Counted from the first letter of the stretch, positions 16,702 through 30,585 are shown. The stretch is DNA of 64,000 bases from Burkholderiales bacterium (GCA_036560705.1 DATBQR010000121.1:60613-124612); one strand, 5' to 3'. Notes: generated from the letters alone by a model not told the origin. A program made the numbers and translations.

Positions 16702-16805
16702 CGGGCGCTGGACGCCAAACGCAGCCGCGATCAAAGTTGCTGCTGCGGTGCGGTTTGGCTAAAGTGCGCGCACGAAAATGTTTCTACGTTTCAAAGGATA
16801 GCGAC

Positions 16806-17432
16806 GTGTTTGCCATCATCCAGGCTGCAGGCTGGCCGATCTGGCCGCTACTGCTGACATCGATCATCGCAGTGGCGCTGATCATCGAGCGTTCCATTTC
16901 GCTGCGCGAGGCGAAGATCGTTCCGCCGACCTTGCTGGAACAGGTGACCTCGGTCTACGCGAGCCAGGGCGTGAACCCCGAGATCCTCGACAAGCTCGCC
17001 AAGGATTCGCCGCTCGGCGAGGTGCTGGCCGCGGGCCTGAGGAACGAGAAGAGCCCCCGCCACGTCATGAAGGAGGCGATCGAGGAGGAGGGCCGCGCCA
17101 CGGCGCACAACCTGGAGCGCTTCCTCACGACGCTCGGTACCATCGCCACCGCGGCGCCGCTGCTGGGCCTGTTCGGCACGGTGGTGGGCATGATCGAGAT
17201 CTTCGGTTCGCAGGCGCCGGGCGGCACCAATCCGCAGCAGCTCGCCCACGGCATCTCGATTGCGCTCTACAACACCGCCTTCGGCATCGCCATCTCGATC
17301 CCCTCGCTGATCTTCTACCGTCACTTCAAGAACAAGGTCGACGGCTTCGTCGTGCAGATGGAGCAGGCGGCCTCGAAACTCATCGACATCGTGCACGGCG
17401 AGCGCGAGGGCTACCAGACCAGGCCTCAATGA
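16806..17432 (+). CDS. exbB: MotA/TolQ/ExbB-family proton channel protein
   Basis: Track ORF 16692..17432 trimmed to in-frame GTG 16806 (AAGGA 10 nt upstream). FAIIQAAGWPIWPLLL N-terminus and C-terminal GLFGTVVGMI...ALYNTAFG motifs. Confidence 0.88.
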   Translation: MFAIIQAAGWPIWPLLLTSIIAVALIIERSISLREAKIVPPTLLEQVTSVYASQGVNPEILDKLAKDSPLGEVLAAGLRNEKSPRHVMKEAIEEEGRATAHNLERFLTTLGTIATAAPLLGLFGTVVGMIEIFGSQAPGGTNPQQLAHGISIALYNTAFGIAISIPSLIFYRHFKNKVDGFVVQMEQAASKLIDIVHGEREGYQTRPQ

Positions 17433-17845
17433 ATTTCCAGCGCGGCCGCTACAAGGAGCAGCCCGAGATCAACCTCGTGCCGCTGATCGACGTCATGATG
17501 GTGATCCTGATCTTCCTCATGATCAGCACCACGTATTCGAAGTACACCGAACTGCAGATCAACCTGCCCACGGCCGATGCCGAGAAGCAGATCGAGCGGC
17601 CGGGCGAAGTGAACGTGCTGGTGAATGCGAAGGGCCAGTACGTCATCAACAAGGTGCCGGTCGAGTTCGCCAGCATCGAGCAGCTCTCGGGCGAACTGCG
17701 GCGCGCCGGCGCCGGCCTGCGCGAGCCGGTCGTCATCATCAGCGCCGACGCCACCGCCACCCACCAATCGGTGATCCGGGTGATGGAAGCCTCGCGCATC
17801 GCCGGCCTGTCGCAAATCACCTTCACCACGCAGTCCGCGAAGTAG
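17429..17845 (+). CDS. exbD: ExbD/TolR-family biopolymer transport protein
   Basis: 138 aa. EINLVPLIDVMMVILIFLMI single TM helix plus a periplasmic domain. ATGA overlap with exbB. Confidence 0.9.
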   Translation: MNFQRGRYKEQPEINLVPLIDVMMVILIFLMISTTYSKYTELQINLPTADAEKQIERPGEVNVLVNAKGQYVINKVPVEFASIEQLSGELRRAGAGLREPVVIISADATATHQSVIRVMEASRIAGLSQITFTTQSAK

Positions 17846-18813
17846 TGAGGCACTGGGCCCGCCGCGGCGCCATCGCCTGGCTGCTGTGGCCGGCGAGCCT
17901 GCTGTTCGGGGTTGTCGTCGTGGTTCGCCGTTTTCTCTACAAGATAAAAATTCTTGGCGCAACACACCCTGGCATTCCCGTCATCGTCGTCGGCAACCTG
18001 ACTGCCGGCGGCAGCGGCAAGACGCCGCTGGTGCTATGGATCGTGCAGCTCCTCAAGGAGCACCGGTGGCGTCCAGGCATCGTTTCGCGCGGCTACGGCG
18101 GTTCCGCCTCAGGTCCGCGCGAAGCGGGCATTGCTTCCGACCCGGCCGAGGTCGGCGACGAGCCGATCCTGCTGGCGCGCCGCAGCGGCTGCCCGGTGTG
18201 GGTGGCGCCCGACCGCATGACGGCCTGCCGCCTGCTGCGCGACAAGCACCCGGAATGCGACGTGATCGTGTCCGACGACGGCCTGCAGCACCATGCGCTG
18301 CGCAGAGACGTCGAAATCTGCGTGGTGGATGAGCGCGGCCTCGGCAACCGCTTTCTCCAGCCCGCAGGGCCCCTGCGCGAGCCGTTGTCCCGGCTGCGTT
18401 CGGTGGACGCGGTGGTGACGCACGGCGCGCCGGGCGTGGCCGGGTTTGCAATGAAGCTCGAGGGCGAAAGCCTGGTCCGCATCACGGACGCGCACGACGT
18501 GCGGCCGGCGAAATCCTTCGCCGGGCAGAAAGTGCACGCGGTGGCCGGCATCGGCGACCCGAAGCGCTTCTTCCTGCAGCTGGCGCGTTTCGGGCTGAAA
18601 CCGGTCCCGCATCCGTTCCCCGATCACCATCCGTTCCGCGCCGGGGACCTCGATTTCGGCGACAGCGCCCCGGTCGTGATGACCGAGAAGGACGCGGTAA
18701 AATGCAAGCGCTTCGCTCAGGCGCACCACTGGGTGTTTCCGGTGAGTGCTTCGCTCGACCCCGCGTTCGGCCGCTGGCTGCTGGAGAAACTGGGTGGATC
18801 CAAAACTGCTTGA
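17845..18813 (+). CDS. lpxK: tetraacyldisaccharide 4'-kinase
   Basis: [13 protein letters not shown]-loop and SDDGLQH motif. GTG start overlaps the exbD TAG by 1 nt. Confidence 0.92.
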   Translation: MRHWARRGAIAWLLWPASLLFGVVVVVRRFLYKIKILGATHPGIPVIVVGNLTAGGSGKTPLVLWIVQLLKEHRWRPGIVSRGYGGSASGPREAGIASDPAEVGDEPILLARRSGCPVWVAPDRMTACRLLRDKHPECDVIVSDDGLQHHALRRDVEICVVDERGLGNRFLQPAGPLREPLSRLRSVDAVVTHGAPGVAGFAMKLEGESLVRITDAHDVRPAKSFAGQKVHAVAGIGDPKRFFLQLARFGLKPVPHPFPDHHPFRAGDLDFGDSAPVVMTEKDAVKCKRFAQAHHWVFPVSASLDPAFGRWLLEKLGGSKTA

Positions 18814-18972
18814 AATCCTGGTTTGTCCGATCTGCAAGGGCCCGCTAGTGCACCGCCGGGAGGCTGCTGAGCTCGTCTGCAAGGCCGACCGCCTGGGATT
18901 CCCGGTGAAGGACGGCATTCCGGTGATGCTCGAGGAAGACGCGCGCAAGCTGCCGCCCGAAGAGGAAGTGGC

Positions 18973-18976
<4 letters not shown>
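18794..18976 (+). CDS. ycaR: Trm112/YcaR-family small zinc-ribbon protein (UPF0434)
   Basis: In-frame GTG 18794 of track ORF 18746..18976. [17 protein letters not shown]...[12 protein letters not shown] is the family signature. Confidence 0.85.
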
Positions 18977-20365
<1,389 letters not shown>

Positions 20366-20466
20366 TACCCCGGCGATGCGGAAGCTGATGATTTTCTGCT
20401 AGAATTCGCGGCTTTCCTGCGAGCCCCAAGCCCGCAATATTTTTTTAGCAAAGAGGGGAACAAGCA

Positions 20467-22533
<2,067 letters not shown>

Positions 22534-22540
22534 CGCGGGG

Positions 22541-23011
22541 CTAGCCGAGCGCCGCGAGGATCTCCTCGACGCAGCGCTCGGGCGGCTGGCCGATGTCGAC
22601 GCCGATTGCGCCGGCGGGCGGCTCCAGCGCGGCGAACTGGCTCTCCAGCAGCGACGCCGGCATGTAGCGGTGCCGGCGCTGCTTGAGCCTCGCGCGGATC
22701 AGCTCGATGCTGCCGCGCAGATGCGCGAAGCGGCAATCGGCGAGTCCGCGGGCCAGGACCTTTCTGTAGGACTCCTTCAGCGCGGAGCAGGCGAGCACCG
22801 CCTTTTTCTCCCGCTGCAGCTTCACATTCAGATTTTCCAGCCACGGCCAACGGTCCTCGTCGGTCAGCGGCGTGCCGGCGGCCATTTTTTCGACATTTGC
22901 CGCGGGATGGAACTGGTCGGCATCCAGGAAACGGCAGTTCAGGCGGGCAGCTAGCAATTCGCCAATGGTGGTTTTGCCGGCGCCGGAGACGCCCATCACC
23001 ACCACGATCAT
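22541..23011 (-). CDS. gntK: gluconokinase
   Basis: Internal ATG 23011 of track ORF 22541..23245. MGVSGAGKTTIG P-loop, FLDADQFHPAANVEKM and PLTDEDRWPWL. ATGA overlap with the upstream gnd-like gene. Confidence 0.85.
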   Translation of the reverse strand: MIVVVMGVSGAGKTTIGELLAARLNCRFLDADQFHPAANVEKMAAGTPLTDEDRWPWLENLNVKLQREKKAVLACSALKESYRKVLARGLADCRFAHLRGSIELIRARLKQRRHRYMPASLLESQFAALEPPAGAIGVDIGQPPERCVEEILAALG

Positions 23012-23919
23012 GCGCTGCTTTTTACCGCATGCCCACCGAACTTTGCGCGCATCATCGCCAGCAGCTTCCTCGAATAGTCGGATTTGCCCTGGCTGGAGAA
23101 TCTCGCCATCAACGCCAGGGTGATCACCGGCGTGGGCACGCCGAGCTCCACCGATTCGAGCGCGGTCCAGCGGCCTTCGCCGGAGTCGGCCACCACCGGG
23201 GCGACGGCCTGCAGGTCCTCGTCCTTGGCGAGGATCTCGGCGCACAGGTCGAGCAGCCAGCCGCGCACCACGCTGCCGTGGCGCCAGGTCTCAGCGAGCC
23301 GGCCGAGGTCGAATTCGAACTCCTTGCGCGCCGCCAGCAGCGCGAAGCCTTCGCCCAGCGCCTGCATCATTCCGTACTCGATGCCGTTGTGCACCATCTT
23401 GGCGAAGTGGCCGGCGCCGCTCGGCCCGCAATGCAGCCAGCCGGTGTCGGTCGCCGGGGCGAGGATGCGTGCGAAAGGTTCGAAGATTTCGATCGATTTC
23501 GGCGACCCCCCCAGCATCAGGCAGTAGCCGTTGGCGAGGCCGTGCACGCCGCCCGAGACGCCGGCATCGATGTAGCGCAGCCCGCGCTGCGACAGTTCGA
23601 GCGCGCGCGCCATGCTGTCCTTGTAGAACGCGTTGCCGCCGTCCACGATCGTGTCGCCCGCCGACAGCAGCGGCAGGAGTTCGGCGAGGGTGTCCTCGGT
23701 CGCCGCGCCGGCAGGCAGCATCACCAGGATGACGCGTTCGCCGGCGAGCCGCGCCGCGACCGCGGCCAGGCCTTCGACGCATTCGACGTTTGCCTCGGGC
23801 CCCAGCGCGTCGCGCGCCGCCTTGCTGCTGTCGTAGGCGACGACCTGCGCCCCGCCGCGCGCCAGCCGCCGCGCCATGTTGGCGCCCATCCTGCCCAGGC
23901 CGACGATGCCGATTTCCAT
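23008..23919 (-). CDS. gnd: 6-phosphogluconate dehydrogenase (decarboxylating), short-chain Gnd-like form
   Basis: MEIGIVGLGRMGANMARRL Rossmann N-terminus, GGNAFYKD, GVSGG and KMVHNGIEYG. Start 23919 has GGAGG 5 nt upstream. Confidence 0.85.
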   Translation of the reverse strand: MEIGIVGLGRMGANMARRLARGGAQVVAYDSSKAARDALGPEANVECVEGLAAVAARLAGERVILVMLPAGAATEDTLAELLPLLSAGDTIVDGGNAFYKDSMARALELSQRGLRYIDAGVSGGVHGLANGYCLMLGGSPKSIEIFEPFARILAPATDTGWLHCGPSGAGHFAKMVHNGIEYGMMQALGEGFALLAARKEFEFDLGRLAETWRHGSVVRGWLLDLCAEILAKDEDLQAVAPVVADSGEGRWTALESVELGVPTPVITLALMARFSSQGKSDYSRKLLAMMRAKFGGHAVKSSA

Positions 23920-23973
23920 GGTGCCTCCGTGTCGGCTCATTCTATAATTGCCGCGGAGACGGAGGAGACCGCA

Positions 23974-24936
23974 ATGAAACGATTGCTCGCGCGTGTTGCC
24001 GCATCGGCCGCCCTATTGCTGTTCGCGGTCCCTGCGCTGGCGCAATACCCGAACAAGCCCGTCCGCGTCGTGGTGCCGTTCCCTGCCGGGTCGGCGACCG
24101 ACACGATCACGCGCATCCTCGGGCAATCGGTATCCGCAGCCATCGGGCAGCCGATGCTCGTCGACAACAAGGTCGGCGCCGACGGCGCCATCGCGGGGGC
24201 CGAAGTCGCGAAAGCCGCGCCGGACGGCTACACGCTGCTGATGGCGACCAACAGCCCGATGGCGGTGGTGCCGGCGATGAAGAAGGTTGCGCCCTACGAC
24301 CCGGTCGCCGATTTCACGCCGATCACCGATATCGGCCGGTATACGTTTTTCCTTTATGTAAACGCCGAGTTGCCGATCAGGTCCTTCCGGGAGCTGGTCG
24401 CCTACGCGAAGGCGAATCCCGGCAAGCTCAATTACGCCACCGGCAACACCACCGGCATCGTGTCTTTCGCGCAGATGAATTCGCTCGCCGGCATCGACAT
24501 GACGCACGTGCCGTACAAGGGCGAGCCGCAGGGCATAGGCGATCTCGTCGGCGGGCGCGTGCAGCTGATGTGGGCCACGCCGACCACCGGCCTCGCGCAC
24601 GTCAAGGACGGCAAGCTGCGCGCCGTCGCCACCAACCTGAAGACGCACTCCAGCCTGCTGCCGGAAGTGCCGACGATGGCCGAGGTCGGCGTTCCGCAGT
24701 ATTCGGTGGTGTCGTGGGCGGCGTTGTACGGGCCGGCGAAGATGCCGCGCGAAATCGTGACGCGGCTGAACAAGGAGTTCGCCGACGCGATGAAGCGGCC
24801 GGACGTCATCGCCGCGATGGAAAAGCAGGCGTTCCAGATGAATCCGACCTCCTCCGAGGAGCTGGGCGCGTTCACCAAATCGCAGATGGAGGCCTACCGC
24901 ACGATCCTGCGCGCGGCCGGGGTGCAGCCCGAATGA
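23974..24936 (+). CDS. Bug/TctC-family periplasmic substrate-binding protein (orphan)
   Basis: Signal peptide followed by YPNKPVRVVVPFPAGSATD. 320 aa. GGAGGAG SD upstream of ATG 23974. Confidence 0.85.
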   Translation: MKRLLARVAASAALLLFAVPALAQYPNKPVRVVVPFPAGSATDTITRILGQSVSAAIGQPMLVDNKVGADGAIAGAEVAKAAPDGYTLLMATNSPMAVVPAMKKVAPYDPVADFTPITDIGRYTFFLYVNAELPIRSFRELVAYAKANPGKLNYATGNTTGIVSFAQMNSLAGIDMTHVPYKGEPQGIGDLVGGRVQLMWATPTTGLAHVKDGKLRAVATNLKTHSSLLPEVPTMAEVGVPQYSVVSWAALYGPAKMPREIVTRLNKEFADAMKRPDVIAAMEKQAFQMNPTSSEELGAFTKSQMEAYRTILRAAGVQPE

Positions 24937-25895
24937 AAACCATGCGCGTTTTCCTGTTTTTTTTCTCGATCCTGGGGTTTTACCCGGGGTTCGCGGCCGC
25001 CCAATACCCCAACCGGCCGATCCGCCTGATCGTGCCGTTCCCGCCCGCCGGCGCCGCCGAGCTGGGGGCGCGCATCTTCGCGCAACCGCTCGGCCAGCAG
25101 CTCGGCCAGCCGGTGATCATCGAGACCAAGCCCGGCGCCGACGGCATCATCGCTTCCGAGTACGTCAAGCAGGCGGCGCCCGACGGCTACACGCTCTATT
25201 ACGGAACGGCGACCGGCCTGTCCTATGTGCCGGCGGTGAAGAAGGCGCCGCCCTACGATCCGATCGGCGACTTCACGCCGATATCGATGGTCGGCATCTT
25301 CGGCTTTTTCGTGTTCACGCATCCGAACGTGCCGGCCAACACGATCGTCGAGCTGGTGGCCTACGCGCGAGCCAATCCGGGCAAGCTCAACTACGGGTCC
25401 GGCAACGGCACCAGCATTCTCGCCACCGGCTCCTTCGCGGCGCTGCAAAAGCTCGACATGGCGCACATTCCCTACAAGGGAGACGGGCCGCTGTCGATCG
25501 ACCTGCTTGCGGGCCGCGTGAACATGGCCATCGCCACGCCGGGCATCGCGGGGCCGCAGGTCAAGGACGGCAAGCTGCGGGCGCTGGCGACGCTGCTGCC
25601 GAACCGCAGCCCGCTCCTTCCCGACGCGCCCACCCTGGCCGAGGCCGGGCTTGCGCCGATCCCGATCACGCCCTGGGGCGCGCTGTTCGGTCCGCCCAAG
25701 CTGCCGAAGGAAGTCGTCGACCGCGTCGCGCGCGAACTCGCCGCCGTGCTCGCGCGGCCCGAAGTGAAGGACGCTTTCGGCAAGCTCGCCTTCGAGCCGC
25801 GCAGTTCGACGCCGCAGGAACTGTCGGCCTTCGTCGCCGAGCAGCTGGAAGCTTACCGGCGCGTCGCGCGCCAGGTCGGGCTCAGCCTCGACTAG
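24933..25895 (+). CDS. Bug/TctC-family periplasmic substrate-binding protein (orphan, tandem paralog)
   Basis: Signal peptide followed by [19 protein letters not shown]. 320 aa. ATGA overlap with the preceding paralog. Confidence 0.85.
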   Translation: MKTMRVFLFFFSILGFYPGFAAAQYPNRPIRLIVPFPPAGAAELGARIFAQPLGQQLGQPVIIETKPGADGIIASEYVKQAAPDGYTLYYGTATGLSYVPAVKKAPPYDPIGDFTPISMVGIFGFFVFTHPNVPANTIVELVAYARANPGKLNYGSGNGTSILATGSFAALQKLDMAHIPYKGDGPLSIDLLAGRVNMAIATPGIAGPQVKDGKLRALATLLPNRSPLLPDAPTLAEAGLAPIPITPWGALFGPPKLPKEVVDRVARELAAVLARPEVKDAFGKLAFEPRSSTPQELSAFVAEQLEAYRRVARQVGLSLD

Positions 25896-26794
25896 GTCGG
25901 CCCCCGGCCGAGTGCTTCCGCGAGCCGACCGGCCGGCTCGATGCCGGGCAGGCTGCGCAGCCAGGTGAGTTGCCGTTTTGCCAGCTGCCGCGTAGCGGCG
26001 ATGCCGGCTTCGCGCAATTCCTTCGCGCTGCTCCTTCCCTCCAGAAAATCCCAGGCCTGCCGGTAGCCGACGCAGCGCATGCTGGGCAGCGCGGCGCTCA
26101 GAGGAAATTTCCCGCGCAGCGTCTTCAGCTCTTCCACCAGGCCGGATTTCAGCATCGCATCGAATCGTCCCGCGATGCGCCGGTGCAGTTCCGGACGGTT
26201 TTCCGGGACGAGGGAAAAAGCCTTCAGTTCGAACGGCAATTCGCTCTTCGCCCGGACCTGGAAAGCCGAAATCGGTTTTCCGCTGATGCGATGGACCTCC
26301 AGCGCGCGCTGGATGCGTTGCGCGTCGCCCGGTTCCAGCCGCGCGGCTGTTTTCGGGTCCAGCTTCGCCAGTTCCGCGTGCAGCGCGGGCCAGCCCTTGC
26401 TCGATGCCTCAAGATCGATGCGCGCGCGAATCTCCGCGTCCGCAGGCGGCAGTTCGTCCAGGCCCTGCGACAGGGCGCGGTAGTAGAGCATCGTGCCGCC
26501 GACCAGCAGCGGGATCCGCCCCCTGCCGTGAATCTCCGCGACTGCGCGGATTGCGTCCGCGCGGAAGCGTCCGGCGGAATAGCGTTCGGTCGGATCGATC
26601 AGGTCGATCAGGTGGTGCGGCACCGCGCGGCGTTCGGCCGGCGAGGGCTTGGCGGTGCCGATGTCCATGCCGCGGTAGACCTGCGCGGAGTCGATGCTGA
26701 CGATTTCGACCGGGTGCGCGCCGGCCAGCTGCATCGCCAGGCGCGACTTGCCGCCCGCGGTCGGGCCGAGCAGCGCAAAGGCGGTTTTCTTCAC
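25892..26794 (-). CDS. miaA: tRNA dimethylallyltransferase
   Basis: [18 protein letters not shown]-loop, [18 protein letters not shown] and GGTMLY. Confidence 0.93.
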   Translation of the reverse strand: MKKTAFALLGPTAGGKSRLAMQLAGAHPVEIVSIDSAQVYRGMDIGTAKPSPAERRAVPHHLIDLIDPTERYSAGRFRADAIRAVAEIHGRGRIPLLVGGTMLYYRALSQGLDELPPADAEIRARIDLEASSKGWPALHAELAKLDPKTAARLEPGDAQRIQRALEVHRISGKPISAFQVRAKSELPFELKAFSLVPENRPELHRRIAGRFDAMLKSGLVEELKTLRGKFPLSAALPSMRCVGYRQAWDFLEGRSSAKELREAGIAATRQLAKRQLTWLRSLPGIEPAGRLAEALGRGPT

Positions 26795-26843
26795 CGCGGC
26801 GCCCTAGCGGCGGCCGGCGACCGACATCGTGCCCGGCCGATCC

Positions 26844-28583
26844 TCATTGGCCGCGCATGAACAGGCGGTCCAGGTCCGCCATGGTGAGCTGGTACCAGGT
26901 CGGCCTGCCGTGGTTGCAGCTGCCGGAACGCTCGGTCTCTTCCATCTCGCGCAGCAGCGCGTTCATCTCGGTGACCGTGAGGATGCGGTTGGCGCGCACC
27001 GCGGCATGGCAGGCCATGGTGGCGAGCAGCTCGTTCTGGCGTGCCGACAGCACCTCGCTCGCGCCGTACTCGCGGATGTCCTTGAGCAGGTTGCGCGTCA
27101 GCCCGGCGACATCGCCGCCGGCGAGCAGCGCCGGCGCCGAGCGCACCGCCAGCTCGTTCGGACCGGAGACGCTGGTCTCCAGGCCCAGTTTCTCCAGCGC
27201 TTCGCTGTTCTCCTCGGCGGTGGCGATATCGAGCGCATCCACCGCCAGCACCGCGGGCACCAGCAGGCGCTGCCGCGCAACTTCGCCCGCATCCAGGCCC
27301 AGCTTCAGCTTCTCCATCACGATGCGCTCGTGCGCGGCATGCATGTCCACCAGCACCAGCCCGGCGTCGTTCTGGGCGAGAACGTAGACGCCGTGCAGCT
27401 GCGCGAGCGCAAAACCAAGGGGAGGAGATTTTTCAGAGGCCGGCAGCGGCGCCGCCGACGTCGCGGTCGCCATGAAGGTCTGGTACGCCTGGGCCGGCTG
27501 TGCGAGGCCGAAACCAGGCTGGAATCCGGGCTGCAAGCCGGGACCGGATTGCGGAATCCTCGCGTAGGCCACTGGCGCCTCCGCCGCTGACGGGGCGAGA
27601 ACGCGCTTGAGGGCATGCAAGACGAACTGGTGGATGCCGCCTGAATCGCGAAAGCGCACTTCGATCTTGGCCGGGTGGACGTTGACGTCCACGGTGCGCG
27701 GGTCGATCTCGAGGAACAACAGGTAGGCGGGCTGGCGCTCGCCATGCAGCTGGTCGCGGTAGGCCTCGCGCACCGCGTGCGACAGCATGCGGTCGCGCAC
27801 GAAGCGGCCGTTGACGAACAGGTATTGCGAGTCGGCGCGGCGGGTGTTCCCCTCACGCGCCGCTTGCGGCGTGCCGGCGAGGCCGGAGAGGCGCAGCGTG
27901 CCGGCCTGCGCGTCGACCCGGAAGCTGGCGTCGAGGAACTCGCGGCCGAGCAGCGCCGCGGCGCGCTCGCCGACGGCTTGCGCGCGCAGGTGAGCGGAGA
28001 CGCGGCCGTTGTGCTTGAGGGTGAAGGCGATGTCCGCACGCGCCAGCGCCGCTCTGCGGAACGTCTCTTCGCAATGTCCGAACTCGGTCTGCTCGGTGCG
28101 CATGAATTTCTTGCGCGCCGGCGTGTTGAAGTAGAGATCTTCCACCAGCACCGTGGTGCCGGCTGCGCGTGCCGCGGGTTTCGCCGCGCCGCCGCTGCCG
28201 CCCTCGGAACGGATGATCCACGCGTGGGACGAGTTTGCCGCCCGGCTGGCGATGGAGAGGCGCGCGACCGACGCGATGGAAGCGAGCGCTTCGCCGCGGA
28301 ACCCCATCGTCGCCACGCCCTGCAGGTCGTCCAGCGTCTGGATCTTGCTCGTGGCGTGGCGCGCGAGCGCGAGCGGCAGATCCTCCTTCGCCAGCCCGCC
28401 GCCGTCGTCGTCCACCTGCACGCGCTTGATGCCGCCCTGGTCGAGCGCGACCTGGATTTCGGCGGCACCCGCATCGAGCGCGTTTTCCAGCAGTTCCTTG
28501 AGCACGGAGGCGGGGCGCTCCACCACTTCGCCCGCGGCGATCTGGCTGATCAGCAGCTCGGGCAGGATGCGGATGTGGCTCAT
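26844..28583 (-). CDS. mutL: DNA mismatch repair protein MutL
   Basis: IRILPELLISQIAAGEVVERPASVLKELLENALDAGA GHKL ATPase N-terminus. C-terminal dimerisation domain with CNHGRPT. Start at the internal Met (track ORF to 28622). Confidence 0.93.
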   Translation of the reverse strand: MSHIRILPELLISQIAAGEVVERPASVLKELLENALDAGAAEIQVALDQGGIKRVQVDDDGGGLAKEDLPLALARHATSKIQTLDDLQGVATMGFRGEALASIASVARLSIASRAANSSHAWIIRSEGGSGGAAKPAARAAGTTVLVEDLYFNTPARKKFMRTEQTEFGHCEETFRRAALARADIAFTLKHNGRVSAHLRAQAVGERAAALLGREFLDASFRVDAQAGTLRLSGLAGTPQAAREGNTRRADSQYLFVNGRFVRDRMLSHAVREAYRDQLHGERQPAYLLFLEIDPRTVDVNVHPAKIEVRFRDSGGIHQFVLHALKRVLAPSAAEAPVAYARIPQSGPGLQPGFQPGFGLAQPAQAYQTFMATATSAAPLPASEKSPPLGFALAQLHGVYVLAQNDAGLVLVDMHAAHERIVMEKLKLGLDAGEVARQRLLVPAVLAVDALDIATAEENSEALEKLGLETSVSGPNELAVRSAPALLAGGDVAGLTRNLLKDIREYGASEVLSARQNELLATMACHAAVRANRILTVTEMNALLREMEETERSGSCNHGRPTWYQLTMADLDRLFMRGQ

Positions 28584-28620
28584 GGAATGCGGCTCCCGCC
28601 GGAGTATATAGAATCCGGGC

Positions 28621-29271
28621 ATGGAAATTCTCTCCCAGGCCTGGGAAATCGCGGTTCATCTCGATGCGCACCTCGCGGACTTCGTCGCCCTGCACGGCGC
28701 CTGGGTGTACGCATTGCTGTTTGCCATCGTGTTCATCGAAACCGGCCTCGTCATCTGGCCGTTCCTGCCCGGGGATTCGCTGCTGTTCGTCACCGGCGCG
28801 GTCGCGGCGGCGGGCGGAATGGACATCGCCACGGTGATGGCGGTGCTGGTCGCCGCGGCGCTGGCGGGCGACAACGTCAACTACGGCATCGGCCGGTGGA
28901 TCGGCCCGCGCATTTTCCAATACGAGCAGTCGCGCTGGTTCAGCCCGGCGCACCTCAGGCGCGCGCATGCGTTCTACGAGCGCCACGGCGGCAAGACCAT
29001 CATCCTCGCGCGCTTCCTGCCGATCGTGCGCACCTACGTGCCCTTCGTGGCCGGGATCGGCGCCATGCCTTACCTGCGCTATGTCGGCTTCTGCGTGGCG
29101 GGCGCGCTGCTGTGGGTGATTTCCGTGTGCACCGCGGGCTACTTTTTCGGCAACATCCCGCTGGTGAAGAACAACCTGAGCGTGGTGATCGTGCTGATCG
29201 TGCTCGTTTCGATGGTCCCGGCTGCTTTTGCCTGGGGCAGGGCGCGCCTAGTTCGTCAGCGCCAGGGGTAG
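28621..29271 (+). CDS. dedA: DedA-family inner-membrane protein
   Basis: FIETGLVIWPFLPGDSLLF and GKTIILARFLPIVRTYVPFVAG are canonical DedA motifs. Confidence 0.88.
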   Translation: MEILSQAWEIAVHLDAHLADFVALHGAWVYALLFAIVFIETGLVIWPFLPGDSLLFVTGAVAAAGGMDIATVMAVLVAAALAGDNVNYGIGRWIGPRIFQYEQSRWFSPAHLRRAHAFYERHGGKTIILARFLPIVRTYVPFVAGIGAMPYLRYVGFCVAGALLWVISVCTAGYFFGNIPLVKNNLSVVIVLIVLVSMVPAAFAWGRARLVRQRQG

Positions 29272-30585
29272 CTGCGGGCGCGGAGGATTCTTGGCGAGGT
29301 AGCGCTTGATGCCGGTGAGGATGGCACGGGCGATCTGGTCCTGGTAGGCCTCGTCGTTCAGGCGCTGTTCTTCTTCGGGGTTGGAGATGAAGGCGGTCTC
29401 GACCAGGATCGAAGGCACGTCCGGCGATTTCAGCACCGCGAAGCTCGCCTGCTCGACCTGCGCCTTGTGCAGCGTGTTCACCTGGCCGATCTCGCCCAGC
29501 ACCGCGTTGCCGAGCCGCAGGCTGTGGTCGATGGTGGCGGTCTGCGAAAGGTCGAGCAGGGTCTGCGCGAGATACTTGTCCTTGACGTCGATATTCACGC
29601 CGCCGATGAGGTCCGCCTCGTTTTCCTTTTTCGCCAGCCAGCGCGCGGCTTCGGAAGTGGCGCGTCGCTCCGAGAGCGCGAACACGCTCGAGCCGCGCGC
29701 ATTCGCCTTGATGAACGCGTCGGCGTGGACCGAGACGAAGAGGTCGGCCTTGACGCGCCGCGCCTTGTCCACGCGGGTCTGCAGCGGGACGTAGAAATCC
29801 GCGTCGCGCGTGAGCACCGCGCGCATTTCGGGCTCGGCATCGACCAGCAGCTTGAGGCGTTTCGCGATCGTCAGGGTGATGTCCTTTTCGCGCGAACCGT
29901 GCCTGCCGCGCGCGCCCGGATCTTCGCCGCCGTGCCCCGCGTCGATCACGATCGTCGCCATGCGGGCGACCTTGGGCTTGTCGGGCGGCGGCGGGGCCGC
30001 TTCCTTTTCCGCCCTGTCTTCCTTCTTCGGGGCCCTGCCGTCCGCCTCGATCAGGGCGGCGAGGGGATCAGGGGGCACCACCGGATAGATGTCGAGCACC
30101 AGGCGGTGGCCGTATTCGGCGATCGGTTTCAGGGCGAAGACCTGCGGCTTCACCTCGGCCTTCAGATCGAGCACGAGGCGCACCACCCCCGGCCGGTTGC
30201 GGCCGACGCGCAGCTTGTCGATGTAGGGATCGCCGGTGGCGACCTTGCCGTCCAGCTCGGCGAGCGCGGGACCGAGCTCGACCCCTTCCAGGTCCAGCAC
30301 CAGCCGCTCCGGGTTCTTCACCGCGAACAGCCTGTACTTGATCTCGGCTTTCGACTCCAGGGTGACGCGGGTGTATTCCTTCGCCGGCCAGATCCGCGTC
30401 GAGACGATCTGCGCCTGCGCGCAGCTTGCGGCTAGGAAGAGCGCCAGCGCAACAAGGCAGTTGCCAGCCAGGCCTCGCCGGGCTTCGAGTGCGCTGCCAG
30501 CGCCGCCGTGCGTGATTCGCCGTCGTAGCGAAGGTGAATTTCGAAGTCCGGCGGCGTGAGCAGGTCTCCGGCCCGCTCGGGCCAT
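29248..30585 (-). CDS. amiC: N-acetylmuramoyl-L-alanine amidase (AMIN domain + amidase_3)
   Basis: AMIN domain (IVSTRIWPAKEYTRVTLES), Pro/Lys linker, and amidase_3 motifs IVIDAGHGGEDPGA, SVHADA and ETAFISN. Start uncertain: Met at 30585 gives a Tat-like RRRITHGGAG leader and overlaps tsaE by about 150 bp. Confidence 0.85.
   Translation of the reverse strand: MARAGRRPAHAAGLRNSPSLRRRITHGGAGSALEARRGLAGNCLVALALFLAASCAQAQIVSTRIWPAKEYTRVTLESKAEIKYRLFAVKNPERLVLDLEGVELGPALAELDGKVATGDPYIDKLRVGRNRPGVVRLVLDLKAEVKPQVFALKPIAEYGHRLVLDIYPVVPPDPLAALIEADGRAPKKEDRAEKEAAPPPPDKPKVARMATIVIDAGHGGEDPGARGRHGSREKDITLTIAKRLKLLVDAEPEMRAVLTRDADFYVPLQTRVDKARRVKADLFVSVHADAFIKANARGSSVFALSERRATSEAARWLAKKENEADLIGGVNIDVKDKYLAQTLLDLSQTATIDHSLRLGNAVLGEIGQVNTLHKAQVEQASFAVLKSPDVPSILVETAFISNPEEEQRLNDEAYQDQIARAILTGIKRYLAKNPPRPQLPLALTN

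Noticed and set aside
16483-16805. Annotating this region outright as oriC.
   Set aside because: There are only four DnaA-like boxes. I could not recognise repeated 13-mer/DUE elements, there is no dnaA/dnaN/gidA context, and the strand bias holds only locally. It is kept as a hypothesis in the findings, not as a feature call.
23974-25895. Tandem Bug/TctC paralogs as something unusual.
   Set aside because: Large expansions of orphan Bug-family binding proteins, often in tandem, are well known in Betaproteobacteria.
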